DNA of 53,814 nt, filler included, from Porpidia crustulata (lineage: Eukaryota): NCBI GenBank assembly GCA_964255105.1. It is 3 parts of 3 records of this genome, joined end to end, with 100 filler letters (N's around TTAATTAATTAA, not from the genome) between each part and the next. Parts side by side here need not be neighbours in the genome. Positions count along the whole stretch, not along the records: positions 1 to 17,890 come from CAXUWE010000201.1; 2 more parts are not named here. One strand, 5' to 3'. Below are positions 1-12,019 of this stretch, one piece after another. Under the pieces are notes generated by a model that did not search any database, was not told the origin of the DNA, and saw only the letters and a list, made by a program, of their open reading frames with translations. Position 1 is the stretch's first letter; each line of letters starts with the position of its first letter. Both the position numbers and the translations under genes were made by a program.

Positions 1-63
1 GAAGGGTTGGGGGTGGTGGCAGGGCGGAGAGCTTCAATAATAATTAAGACACTTGATGTTTTA

Positions 64-88
64 CTGCCGCTGCTGCTGCTGCTGCTGC
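64..88. repeat. (CTG)n microsatellite
   Basis: ctgccgctgctgctgctgctgctgc read directly. Confidence 0.8.
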
Positions 89-733
89 ACCAAACGAACT
101 GATATATTATGTGCCTTAGCCGATGTATTCAAGAAATTCGAAATCTGGTGGTCGATAGAGGGGTTAAGTGATCGTTACAGTACTCCTTGCTATTGGCGGA
201 AGGGTGTCTAGGGATGTTTTTTTGTGCAATGGGGGGATTTGGGGTATTTTTGTTAGGTTTTTTTTGTTGAAGTGCGGGGTCGCGAGGTTTGTGTTGGTGG
301 GCGGGGCTTGGGGGAGCAGTGAGGTGGGTTGCGGCACTGCTGCCTACCTAATCTGGCTGGGTTAGATGGCTCGGGTTGTTACTCTTGGGATACAAAATGT
401 GGATTGTTTCCTACATGGAATAAGACAACTTTATGCAATAGTAGATTTTACACTTCAACATTTATGTATAGGAAAGTCTGGTGGCTGCGAAGATGCGATT
501 GGTTACTTTTAGTAAACAAGGCAGCTTGTTCTCGTAAGGAAAATGGTACATGGATGTGATTGATGAATTTATCATCAGAGATTCCGTCTAAGGTAGCTCA
601 TGAAAAGTGGAGTGGACGGTTGCCAAACGGGGGGCATCATCCCATGTGTAGAACCCAACAAACTTGAAACTCTGGCCAGGGCGGCCGCAGAACCCTCAAT
701 GCACTTTTTCCTTCTCGATAGGACCAATGTCCT

Positions 734-2357
734 TCACGCCGGCTTGGGACCGAACAGCTTGAAGCCTCCAGGCACACCGGTTTGGAAAAGTCCAGTGGGA
801 TCGTAGCGCTTACTGACCTTGCGGAGATTTGCCACGCTGTCCCGGCCGTAGGACGCAAGCGGGGTTTGGAAGTTTGCGGCATAATTGAGATACTTGAATT
901 CCTGGAAAAGGCCGGCGGCTTTTGTGGCCTGCTCGACACGGCCAATCAGAGTCTCTGCGACGCGGTTGATAAGATCGTCGTCTTCGGCTTGGTTCCACGT
1001 GATGGAGAGCAGGCACAACACTAATGGACCCTGGGACCCGTTGAGTCCAAGCGAGTTGCCGGGAACCACTGCAGGCATCCGTTGAAAAATTACAAAATGT
1101 TGGATCCCGGCCACGGTTTTGATGGAATCGACGGATGCATTCCATATGCTGTAAACTTCTTGGAGTATCGATTCGCTTGGGCCGAACACGGTGTTCACAT
1201 AAATGCCACTTGGGCCATAGTCAGTTTCCCACGCATGATGCAACGTTCGACTTGATTGGATTATTTACCGAGAGTTGACGGCTTGTTGTGACTCTTCTTC
1301 GGTCACAAAATCAACGATATTGGAGATCCTCATCGTATTGCCCAGTTGTGGCTGGATCGATGTAAAGGGTTGGAAGATCGGCGGATTCGCCACAGGTTTT
1401 GTGTAGTAGATGCCGTCCGATACAAGAAAGCCTCCTGTTGCACCTAGGTAACCAATCGCACAAACCATTTCCGCGTACGGGTCAAAGTTCATCGGGGTCA
1501 TTAACTTTTGAAAGGCTAGTAATTGTTGATGGACTGTGCTGCTAGGATAGGCGATGAACCCCCCCCAAAAGTCACTGCGTGGATATGTCTGAAGATCAAA
1601 TCGTGTCACTATTCCAAAGTTGTTAGACCCCCCTTTGAGGGCCATAAAGAGATCCGCATTCTCGTGAGCATTTGCGTTGACTATCTGACCGCCTGCCAGA
1701 ACGACCTCCATATTTGCCACGTTGTCGCAAGCAAAACCCTTTTCCGGCGAGAAGAATGAGATTCCACCTTGTTGATTACTTAGTTGTGCGCTATGATGTA
1801 ATCACAAGGGGCATAAACTTACCGCCAGTGATCAAGCCCCCAACACCAAGTCCTGCAACCCGAGCTCCCAAAACCGTAAGGTTCAATGGGAGAATCTTTG
1901 TGTAGACATCTTTCCAGATCGACCCAGCGCCAACGGTGGTGATCGATTGGTCAGGACTGACATTGATAGCGTTCATAGACCTCAAATCAATGGTGACGCC
2001 GCCATTGATGTTTGCCGCACCAGCGAATGGTGTGTGGCCTCCGCTTCGGATGGCAAAGGACGACGAATTGGGGTTTGTTTTCCGGCTTTCAACCATGGTG
2101 TTGATAATAAGTGAGACATCTGAAGCGCTCGTCGGACGGACTATGCAATGTGGCGAAAGACGGGCTTCTTGAAAAAAATACGAGCGTGTAGACGCCGAGT
2201 ATAGGGTATCATTCGGATACGACACTTTGTTGTGGAGAAAAGACGATAAAACGGAGCATGGAGCAGAGCCATTGTCCACAGCTGCGATCGTTGGGGAGAT
2301 TGTCACCAAAAATGCGGTAAAGAGTAGCAGGGCGTTGAAGTGGTAGGTGGACAGCAT
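734..2357 (-). CDS. Secreted FAD-linked oxidoreductase (berberine-bridge-enzyme/VAO-like), 3 exons
   Basis: N-terminal signal-like peptide (MLSTYHFNALLLFTAFLVTISPTIAA); FAIRSGGH flavinylation His motif; LKGGSNNFGIVTRF; C-terminal YLNYA...YDPTGLF..GGFKL; ORFs 1791-2357, 1265-1720 and 734-1243 joined by two GT-AG introns. Confidence 0.92.
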
Positions 2358-3301
2358 GGTAGAGATTGCTTAAGAATACTCGTAGATAGACCAATACTTA
2401 TGTGCTTCTTCGAGGCGAGCACACATGGCGGCAAAGGCGTCGTCTATGATCTAGTATATTAGAAACAGACATTAGAAGGGTTCCAATCAATTCGATCGCG
2501 TTATGCCCATCCGCCATGACTGCAACAGCTGGTAGCGGATAGAAGCTTTCGATGGATTGATAAGGGATATTGATGATCTGCATGATAGAGGCCCACGCAT
2601 GTGTCAGCGCAAGTGTCATCGCTGAACTCGGACGGATTTCGCTGGGTGGGATGGTGTAGAGGTGTGTACTTCGTAAGGGAGTCCACGGCCTATTGGATGG
2701 AGGCCCGTGTGGCGCATACAACACAAGCGAGCAATTCCCGTGTCTCCCACGTGTCTCCCAAGCGAATCAAGGGACTAAGGTACGGTAAATAAACTGCGGC
2801 AAAGCTCTGCGACAGTGTACCTGAGTAAAGTAGCGTCTTCGTTATATATCCCTATACTACGTAGGGTCTCGCAACTCCCACTGATATAGGTCGAGATGTT
2901 CAACAGATAAAATAAAGAAAAAGAAGAAAAAGAATCTTGGCGATTCAAAGAACCATATCAAATTAGTTTACCAATGCTGCTGGAATATTCCCGCATATCC
3001 AAGCTCATTTGCTTATATTTCACTTCCGGTAGAGAACTCACTTAGACTTAGGAGCTGATACCAGGGAAATCCAACAACCGATAAGTAATGATTCGGAAGT
3101 ACTCTTGGTGATGATCACATCAAGGAGGGCAAGAGAATAAAGTATAAACCGGATAAATTGAAAATCTGATTGGTCGAAAATCGGAACTGCTACTCTGACT
3201 AGTCTGGACGCCCATTGACCGTAGCTTCGTTCAAGGAATGGACTCGGAGTCGCAGCTGCTTAAACATTGCTCTCAATGTCCAGGAACAAAATAACTTCCT
3301 A

Positions 3302-4221
3302 TCAGGTCTGTATTTTTGCACGCGTGACCCACCATGCGATTACGAGAACGGCCATAGGCAAGAGAACCTTGAGAGAGGATAGAAGTGCATTCTGGATCCC
3401 TCTTCGCACAATCAGGCTTATCTTTTCGCCCAGCGCGGCCGATTCGTTGATACGGGGAAATTCAACGTTGGGGATCGGCTTGTTGAGAAATTTGCACAGT
3501 GGCTCCCAGCGGTCTTCCAGGTTGAATTTGAGTAGTTGCGATGAAGGCGTCACTCTCTCAATCAGTGCGTAATGTTCTCGGTATTTCCCTCTCGCTTTCT
3601 CCTGCATTTCTCCTTGCGAATGGGCCTCCATCCAACCCTCTGTCCAACGACGGGATGTTCCACCCAGTTTCCCAACAAAGCGAGTATCAAGTTGTGCAAT
3701 TAGCCGGATGATTGGGCTCCACACGTTCGCAATGACACCGTCGTTGAAGCTTTGATACCATTTTTCAAGGTCCCGCTCAACCAAGACAACCTTGACATCG
3801 GGATAACAGTGGAGCAGATCTTCTGCGAACGCAATGGCAGGTAGATCGGCGATCGCACTGTAATTACCAAGAAGCTGATCCCAGTCGGTCCGCATGAACA
3901 ATTTCCCTTTCCCAAAATATTTTGCATCAAGGGCTTCGTTCCACATCTCGGTGTCACGGACGTTGGCGATCAGAGTAAGACCATGGTAGCATGGAAAGCC
4001 CAGGATATTCAGTGCGAGCTGCATTGCTGAGGATGTGACCATCAACTTGAAGGCTCAAACCAAAATTTCGGAAGGGACATCATACATGCCGTTCCCGTAC
4101 GCGGCATGCCTAGGCTAAGAACTCTCATAGGGACCACGCGGCTGCGTTTTCGGGGATCCACGTCCATGGTGGTGGTAAAGAGCTCCGGATGTTTCTCTTG
4201 CATTGTGGGAAGCCTCGACAT
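3302..4221 (-). CDS. Sulfotransferase-like P-loop protein (Sulfotransfer_4-type) with C-terminal transmembrane anchor, 2 exons
   Basis: Spliced motif VLSLGMPRTGTA|SMQLALNILGFPCYHG; DLPAIAFAEDL; WEPLCKFLNKPIPNVEFPRIN; hydrophobic tail LKVLLPMAVLVIAWWV; start could also be the Met at 4203. Confidence 0.85.
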
Positions 4222-4976
4222 GATGTCAGAGGTCAGAATTTTATAGATCTGGATTTGGGAGATTTGTAGTGCGTAGGAGATGTGCTTGAACAGAGGACCA
4301 TTATCAGCATCCAATCTCAGTTTCGCCAGGGTAAGGCTTGCTTTACGGCAGTCCGCAGGAAAAGGAAACGGCGTGTACGCTATGCTTGAACATAGGATTT
4401 GGGGATTGACGGCGATATGTGACCTGATGAAATTCACTGCGTGGGAATTGACGGCTGATTCGAAGTCAGGTCGGTTGCAGGTAGGAAGAGTAGCAATTTC
4501 TCGCGTTGCGATGGGCTTTGAAGACAATGATGAATAGCGGGGACAAGAGTTCTTCTACTAGGGCTCCCGATTCATGAGTAAAAAACCCCGACATGCATTA
4601 CCTCAACACCCAAAGTATCAATAAACATTATGGAGTCTAGATTGCTAGATAGCTTTGATGATCTTTCAGATACTTAATGCCTCTCTTGGGTCTACGTCGC
4701 GATTTATTTCATACACCCTGACGGATGTTAGGTAGGTTCGTTAAGTTTCCTCGTACCGTCCCAATCGGTGAGGCTGCTTTGTAGACTATCCACTCGGATA
4801 ACAGGAAAACAGGATTGCAGGAATTTCAAAAACTCAGCGGTACAAGAAGAGGAAGTACGACAGGAATGAAGACTACAGAAGATGATTCTCTTTCAGTCTA
4901 GGTAGGTGCTAATACAAACTTCTACAAATCAACCGTCCGACCTATATCTCAAAGCCTATGGGGAACCGCTTGTTGA

Positions 4977-7083
4977 TCAGCTAGAGCTCTCTTTGTGCTC
5001 TGACCGTTTCCGGATCGAGATCTTAGATGACTCGTAGGGCATCTGAAATGTCTCCCAGAACCATTTATACGAGGTAGGTTCGTCTTCCAAGCGGAACTCA
5101 TAATTGGCTATAAGGTGAATGAGAGCCATCTTGATTACGAGGGCAGAGTGCCATCTACCAGGGCTACAGAGCCCAAGTCAGCATTGGCCTTTCAGGGCAC
5201 GTTGCATTTGCCTACCAGACTTTAGACCCAAGTCCCCAGATTGGAAAATCTTTGGAAGCATCGGTGAATGTTGTCCCTCGTAGTATATTGTCTGACGAGC
5301 CCGAAGCGGTACTATGTATGGTTTTGACAAAACGAAGGCCGTCGAATGTTTCGGCATTGGGATATTTTGACTCATCGTGCATGATGTCCCAGCCTGACAC
5401 ACACGCTATTTCACCGACCGACACATGAGGCCCACCGTTCGAGAAAGTGAAAGGTTTGAGCGCTTTGCGGCGGATTGACACTGTCGAAGCCATTAGCAGA
5501 TTCAGTGCTAGAAGCATTAGATGTGATTAGGATTCCACTCGCTTTTGTCCAGAGGGTTGACTCTCACTGCCTCTTTAATGAAGCTGTCAAGTATTGGCAG
5601 GCGATTGATGCTTTCGTAATTCATGCTTCCGATATTCTGGATTTCATTGTGTATCATCTCAGCATACTCTGGGCGAGCACACAGCTCCAAGAACACAAAA
5701 TGAAGATTCTTCTGAAAGTCAGTAATGAATGGGCCCTACCTGGAATAATGGGGCCTTACTATCCATGGTTGATGAGAAGCAGCGAACCATATCCCAATGA
5801 TGGCCTGGATAACGCTACTATGGGTCCAGTAGCTCGAGTCTGCTGAGGCTTTGATCATATTGTCGAACAATGTCATCTTTCAGATACCGTGTTAGGGTTT
5901 TAAAGATCGTAACTGAGGTAGATGTCAAGAATACCGATTTCAATACAGCATCTTCCTTCCAGCCATCATGATTTGAGTCTGCTGCGCGATGAAGACGTTC
6001 AAAGAGGACGTTCAGAGCATGACCTTTCTTCGTAATTATTGAGTGTACAAAGCTACCCAGATTTAGCAGGAAATCAAATGAATTGTCTATTAGGAGAAAG
6101 ACTCGCGATTGCGCAAACACAGGGACAATCTGTAGAGCTCCCATACACGCTACTGTGTCATCGTAGTAGCGAGACATTGCTGAACAGAAAACCGGTTCTT
6201 TGCCTGACTACTCGTCAGGTTCCAGGATTGGGGTATTTTGTTAAGCGAAAGCTTCATACATAGCTTTTCTCCGAAGAAGTACACTCCCAACATCCCGGTG
6301 GCCAAATCTCGCATTAAGGGGGCTATTCTAATGGAGTTCCAATCTAAAGAATCGGTTAATATACATTCAGTAGCTCGTGGGAATGCACAAAACCATCAGT
6401 AGTGATCTGAGAATCAATCCTTTTCTGAAACGTCTTTGTTAGTCTTGCGTGCAGGTACGGCTGAAGAGCATTTATTTGTGATAGACCATTAATGCGGATG
6501 GCCCGAGCAAAAAGGCGATAGCGCAGGTTTATCTGCTCGTTGGGATCCAATTGAATTTCAGCATGGCTCATGGTGTGCTTAAAGCCAAAAATCTGCTTAT
6601 AATGAGCCTGAAATACTCATACTGAGCATTATAACGAACATCTGCATACACAGCTCGCTGAGAGAGCTCTGACGCCTCGCTGAGCTCCTCCATAGCATCT
6701 GGCGATCGAATAATTACAGGCTCTTGCCGTCCGAAGGGTCGATAGTATATGCCAGATCGCTTGTCATTGTCAGCCAGATATGGGATGATGCTCTAGATCG
6801 AAAACCCTTACAAAATCTCGGATTATCTTCATGAGGCGTGTTGAAGAAGAGGACAAAGATTGAATCCATCTAGACACAAGCGGCGAAGAGCGGATGGCAA
6901 ATTGAGGGACCTTGAATACAATTAGCGAACATTTATCTCCTTATGCAGCACCTAGGTACCATTCATATATACCGGAAGACACAGATAGACCTCACCGGCT
7001 AAGCCATATAGGAGGACTATTGCAAACAGGGTTTTCAGGACTTTCTCTACCGCTGGGCCTGGCTCTGTGATGCTGTCCATCAT
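4977..7083 (-). CDS. Cytochrome P450 monooxygenase, multi-exon (ent-kaurene-oxidase/PaxP-like group, tentative)
   Basis: N-terminal anchor LKTLFAIVLLYGLAG; ExxR in LDSFIKEAVRVNP; YPNAETFDGLRF; haem motif WGLGSKV-C-PGRWHS with the Cys codon split TG|C by an intron; stop TGA at 4979-4977. Confidence 0.9.
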
Positions 7084-7998
7084 GGGACAAAAGTAGAAGG
7101 CCAGATTAAGCGAGTGCTTGAGAATTCGCGAGGAGTTGGGTGATATTTTCACAACTGCACGACTTCAGCTTGTGGGAAGATAATTTGGAAAGTGAAGAAG
7201 AGAGAGCTACCACCATCGCACTTGTTCTTGTCCGCCTCCTTGGCACATACTGCTGATGAGACTCAGAGCTTGCAGACATTTTTATCCAGGCTCCAGGGTC
7301 ACGAGGCGACATTAACTGGAACAGACCGCTCATTGCCTCAATGCCGCGCACTTAGTCCCATTCGCAGGGGCGAGTGGAGTTCATCGCCGACACTTGACCA
7401 GGTTTATCGAGAAAGCATTCAGTGAGACCGAAAGCTTAAGCGTAGCACATACGATTGACCGACCACGTCTTGCACCTAGTTGACCATGAGAGTCGCAGGA
7501 TACGGACACGGTGTGGTGGGCAATGGCTTAGTGGACTGCAATCTTGTGGTGTAAAGCCTTACTCGCGTCATGCATCTATGTCCGGAGTATTACTGGCTCA
7601 ACTCCTAGGCAACCACTGCCTGGTTTTCTGGATGACTCAATCACAATGCATACATACAAGCAAGGCATCGCATAACGGTTGGCTAAAGATTGAGAAAGGC
7701 AAACACGCCACCTACAAACATATGGGGCTGCTTTCCAGCGAGGTCTTGAGGTACGATAAAACGGGATGCATCTAATTTCGTCTGTTAAACCTCTTTTGAT
7801 AAGGCGCCGCTTCAGCTTATCGGCTGGCGCAATCACAGTGCAGGATGGAGCCTCATTGTCCTGAAGGGTAATCCCGGCTCGACCGGGTCTCCTATGATGG
7901 TGTGAGGCATTTGTTGTGTATCCCTGATAGTGTGAATGTCAAGATGTTCGTTGGATGAAGGTTTGCGGGCTTTTAATTAACCCCGGCATTAACACCCG

Positions 7999-8031
7999 CT
8001 TTTAGATCCTTTTAGATCCTTTTAGATCCTT
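7999..8031. repeat. 10-bp tandem repeat (TTTAGATCCT)x3
   Basis: tttagatcct tttagatcct tttagatcct read directly. Confidence 0.9.
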
Positions 8032-8104
8032 CGGGCGCTCAGCCTTGCCTTGAATGTATGGTATGTGGGTCTAAGGCACTTACCTACCTCACCACCTTAC
8101 CTAC

Positions 8105-8192
8105 TCAGGCTAGTTCTTAACGTCCGGACATAAAAGCGAGAATTACCGCCTAAAATCAACGTTTTGTGTCCGGACATTAAACACCAGCCTGA
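8105..8192. repeat. 88-bp inverted repeat with 31-bp arms (MITE-like/hairpin)
   Basis: Left arm 8105-8135 tcaggctagttcttaacgtccggacataaaa vs reverse complement of 8162-8192 tcaggctggtgtttaatgtccggacacaaaa: 26/31 identical. Confidence 0.85.
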
Positions 8193-8503
8193 AAGCTAAA
8201 ACAAGTGGCATGTAAGAGCACCCGACCCCCCCGGATTCTGGTGCTACTATGCACTGCAACAGGCCGGTAGGAGGCTGAAGTGACATTATGAAGGCCACGA
8301 AGACAGCCTTGCTGTAGGCTCTAGTCAGTACGGGGGTAGTATATGCGTCTCATCATCGCTGCACAGCTGCCTATGGTGCCTATGGTCACCATCTTCTGTC
8401 TTCTGTTCGCTATCCGATAGCTGCGCCCAGCCTTCAGAAACCACCTGCCCGTCCACAGGCCAATCTCCGCTGTACCGCAACACCCTCCATCATCACCTCC
8501 ATC

Positions 8504-9450
8504 ATGACCCTCAAATCCGTCCTCATCACCGGCTGCAGCGCCGGGGGCATCGGATCCGCGCTCGCCGAATCCTTCCAGAAGCGCAACATGCGCGTCTTCG
8601 CGACCGCGCGCGACCCGTCGAAGATGTCCCATCTCGCCGGTCTCCCGAACGTGACGCTGCTCACGCTCGATCCGACTTCTCCCGCCAGCGTACGGGCTGG
8701 TGCGGAAAGCGTGGGCGCGCAGACCGGCGGCACACTGGACTACCTGGTGAACAATGCGGGCCAGACGATCATCATGCCGACGTTGGATTTCGACGTCGAG
8801 GTCGCGAAGAGCATGTACGATATCAACGTGTGGGGGATGATTCGCGTCACTCAGGAATTCGCCTCGCTCGTCATAGCCGCCAAGGGCACTATCGTTAGCA
8901 TTAGCTCTATCGCTACAAGCGTCAACACGCCTTGGATGGGTGAGGGTTTACGAAGCTGCAACGAGGGCGATAGATTCGCTAACGAAGGTGCAAGGTATCT
9001 ACGCCGGCTCAAAGGCAGCGATGACCGCCATCACCGACACTCTCCGCCTGGAGCTGGCCCCCTTTGGCGTCAAGGTCGTGACGGTTCACACCGGAGCCGT
9101 CAGTACGAACACCCTCTCGCGCGGCACCGATTTCAAACTCCCAACGACGTCAAGATACACGGGAATTGCAAAAGAGATCGCCGGTCGGGCTCGAGGCGAG
9201 GATGGGACTCCACGGATGACGCCTTCGGTCTATGCGGAGAAGGTCGTGGGTGATGTTCTCGGAGGAGCCAGCTGGCAAGTCTGGAGAGGCGGGTACGCTT
9301 CGATCGTGCGCTTCACGTCGTCGTGGTTTCCGGCGTCGGTTTCGGTCAGTCAACCGTAACGTTCGCTATGCCGGAGTATTCGGTCACTGACAATGTGATT
9401 AGGACTCGATGTCGACGCGAGGCACTGGATTGGACGTCATGAAGGTCTAG
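8504..9450 (+). CDS. Short-chain dehydrogenase/reductase (Ayr1/17beta-HSD-like classical SDR), 3 exons
   Basis: VLITGCSAGGIGSALA (TGxxxGIG), LVNNAG, catalytic YAGSK, LRLELAPFGVKVV; introns ~8940-8994 and ~9345-9402; last exon DSMSTRGTGLDVMKV*. Confidence 0.93.
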
Positions 9451-9720
9451 AGAGCTTTTAGAACTTGGCAGTCTCTTCATAGGCGGGTCTACAATCAACA
9501 TTTCAACTTGTACTCTCGCTGTTCATAATTGTCAGAAAGTGGCATCTGAAACATGAGACTCGTACGATCAACATAATAACAGAAGGCTAAGTTCAAAAAT
9601 AAGCATGGAAACCAACATCTCATCTTGTCATATGATACAAAGATTACTCCAACAACGCAGCAGAAAGCATTGTATCCAACGCAGACCATTTGCACAGGCC
9701 CACGTCCACACCCGTGCCCT

Positions 9721-11307
9721 CTATTTCGGATCCCAACCCTTTCGCGGTTGTTGTCCTCGAGCTTCGTCGGTCGTACTTTTCTGTTCAACCTGATACTGCA
9801 AATGAATCCCATCTTCTTCCACCTCCGACGGGTTTCCCGTGTGGATGTAGGTTCGCATGGACCGGACCGGCGCCATTTCGTAGCCGCGATCCCTAAAAGC
9901 CGGGTTGGAGACTTCCAAGTCTCTGTACTCGGCCCTTTTTCGCTTGCTGTACGACGGTTCCGAACCGGAAGACTTGCCACGATGAGAGGGCCAGCTCGTT
10001 GAGAAACGTGAAGTCAATGTTGAGCGCAACCGCTTCCAGCTGGGCAGATGATGGAGGAGGCTTGACATCGACGGCTGCAAATTCCCGTCAACGCAAAACT
10101 CGGGACGGGGCGAATCGTCTGGAACATACCATGCAGCTAGCCGTCACTCCGACGCACATTTCAACAAGACTGCTACCACGTCAGCTTCAGGAAGGAAGCA
10201 CAGAGACTCCGAAATTACCCACGACGCGAGGATGACCGGCATTGTCTCATAAGTTATGTCGGTGTAATCATGGGTAAGCACCCACTTGAAATAAATACTG
10301 AGTGATGATGCGATGCATGCTCTGATACGCTGTCAGTCACGCTCGGATGATAACCAAAACGGGAAACGAAAGGTCACTTACATCACGCCGGTAAAGAATA
10401 CCGCAATTACCCCAAGCTTTCGCCTGATTGGTAGCTGGAGCTTGCTTACCCCTGCAATGGGTAATACTAAAATGTAAACATCCAGGACAAGGCTGATGGC
10501 GGCGATTGGTATGGTCAACGGCACTGTCCGGGCCTGCCGCGGACTCTGCACAGTTTGCTGCAACGTTTCTCCGGGGGTTGGGACCGTGAATGCGAATGTA
10601 GCAATTAGGATCGAGGCATAGAAGAGAACGGTGAAAGTTGCACCGGCATAAGAGCTATACCTGAGCCACTTCATGGGACGAAAAAGCTGAATGTAAAGCA
10701 AGAAGAAGCTAAGTTTGGCGAATGTCCAGACTATCACCGTGACCCAGTTGGCGAAGAATCCCGTCTGGAGAGGGTGTGAGATAGAGTAGCCTGGATCGAG
10801 ACTCTAACTTCAACGCACCATGAGAAAGTTATTACTTGCAAGATCGCCTAGGGTCAGGTCCCACATGTGCGTTCCAAAATGTCCAATGGTAACAGCTGCT
10901 TGCAGATTAGATCTGAGAGACGCTAAAAAGCTCCCTCAGAGTACGTACCCAAGACCGCAATAACGAAGTAGAGCACAGTGCCAACCTGGAAAACGTCAAT
11001 TTTCATTGATGGTGGTGCTTTGGACAGGGCTTACTGTGGCAATCACGCAGGTGTCTGTGTGGATTAGTATCAGGTTAAATGGGTTGAAATCAAACTTACA
11101 GTCGTCCGGACTCGACTTCCTTACAATCCTGAATTTGGTGTAGATCCTCACGGACACAAAGAGCAACATGATAGCTAGCAGTATTGAACCCACAATGATC
11201 AGCACTTGACCATCACCATGAGGGTTCTCAAGGTTCGGGAGCACGCCTGCCGGAGGCTTGGCGGCTGGTACGCCTGCCAGCTTCGCTGGGTCGCTGGCGT
11301 CTGCCAT
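9721..11307 (-). CDS. PTH11-like (fungal rhodopsin-domain) integral membrane protein without CFEM, multi-exon
   Basis: PAAKPPAGVLPNLENP N-terminus; VRIYTK..DD; GHFGTHMWD; FAKLSFFLLYIQLF; LDVYILVLPI..V.KLQLP.R.KLGV..VFFTG; CVGVTASCM. Confidence 0.88.
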
Positions 11308-12019
11308 TATGGACAGAAGAGCGGTTCCGTGTTCGCACCAACGAGGCCGAAGAGAGGTGAGATATTTGAGAAGTGGAATACAACAACGTGTGGAGCACGA
11401 ATGATCTAGAAGGAATACATGGAACTTAACAAAGCTTGGAGAAGCCGTGAATGGAGTGGCATTGAATTCCAAAAAGCTGTATGCAAGTAATTTGGGTTCC
11501 GAAACACTAAAGGATGATATGCACTCCGCCAACTTACTCAGCTGCATCAGTGTAGCATGAGTGTGCCAAAGCAATGAGCCAATGGCAAGAGCGCATACTA
11601 CAAGGTTCTTACCACACCGACTGATTGGGCTCGGAAGATAGGAATAATACGACATCCCCGGGAAATATTGCCTGCATGCTACCTTGCGCTCCACCAATGA
11701 GATATCTAGGACTTGCATACCTTAGGATCCTTTCAAAATAACTGTCAACGGCGCGTGCAGCATGTGGAAAGTTCCACGAAGCATGCCATTTACCAGGTGC
11801 AGACACACCATTGGTGAGTCGCCTTGCTCACACCATCAGTTCTGCCTCGTTTTCGGCATTTAAAGCAGCTATTATGGGGAACCATACAGTCGGTGTCGGC
11901 ACCCGAATCGGAGAAATGCCCGCTATATCAAATATTGGATATAGCAGCCGTGTATCAGAACCTGCGTGGGTTGGATTTGTTTCCTGCGCTACAGACATTA
12001 TACCAAGATGTTGACTTTC

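Noticed and set aside
4222..4527. N-terminal extension of ORF 4042-4527
   Set aside because: Begins at a non-ATG codon and has no family resemblance; more likely 5' UTR/promoter of the sulfotransferase-like gene
11308..11718. N-terminal 137 aa of ORF 10996-11718
   Set aside because: Family-typical sequence starts at MADASDP (11307); the upstream part lies in the shared promoter
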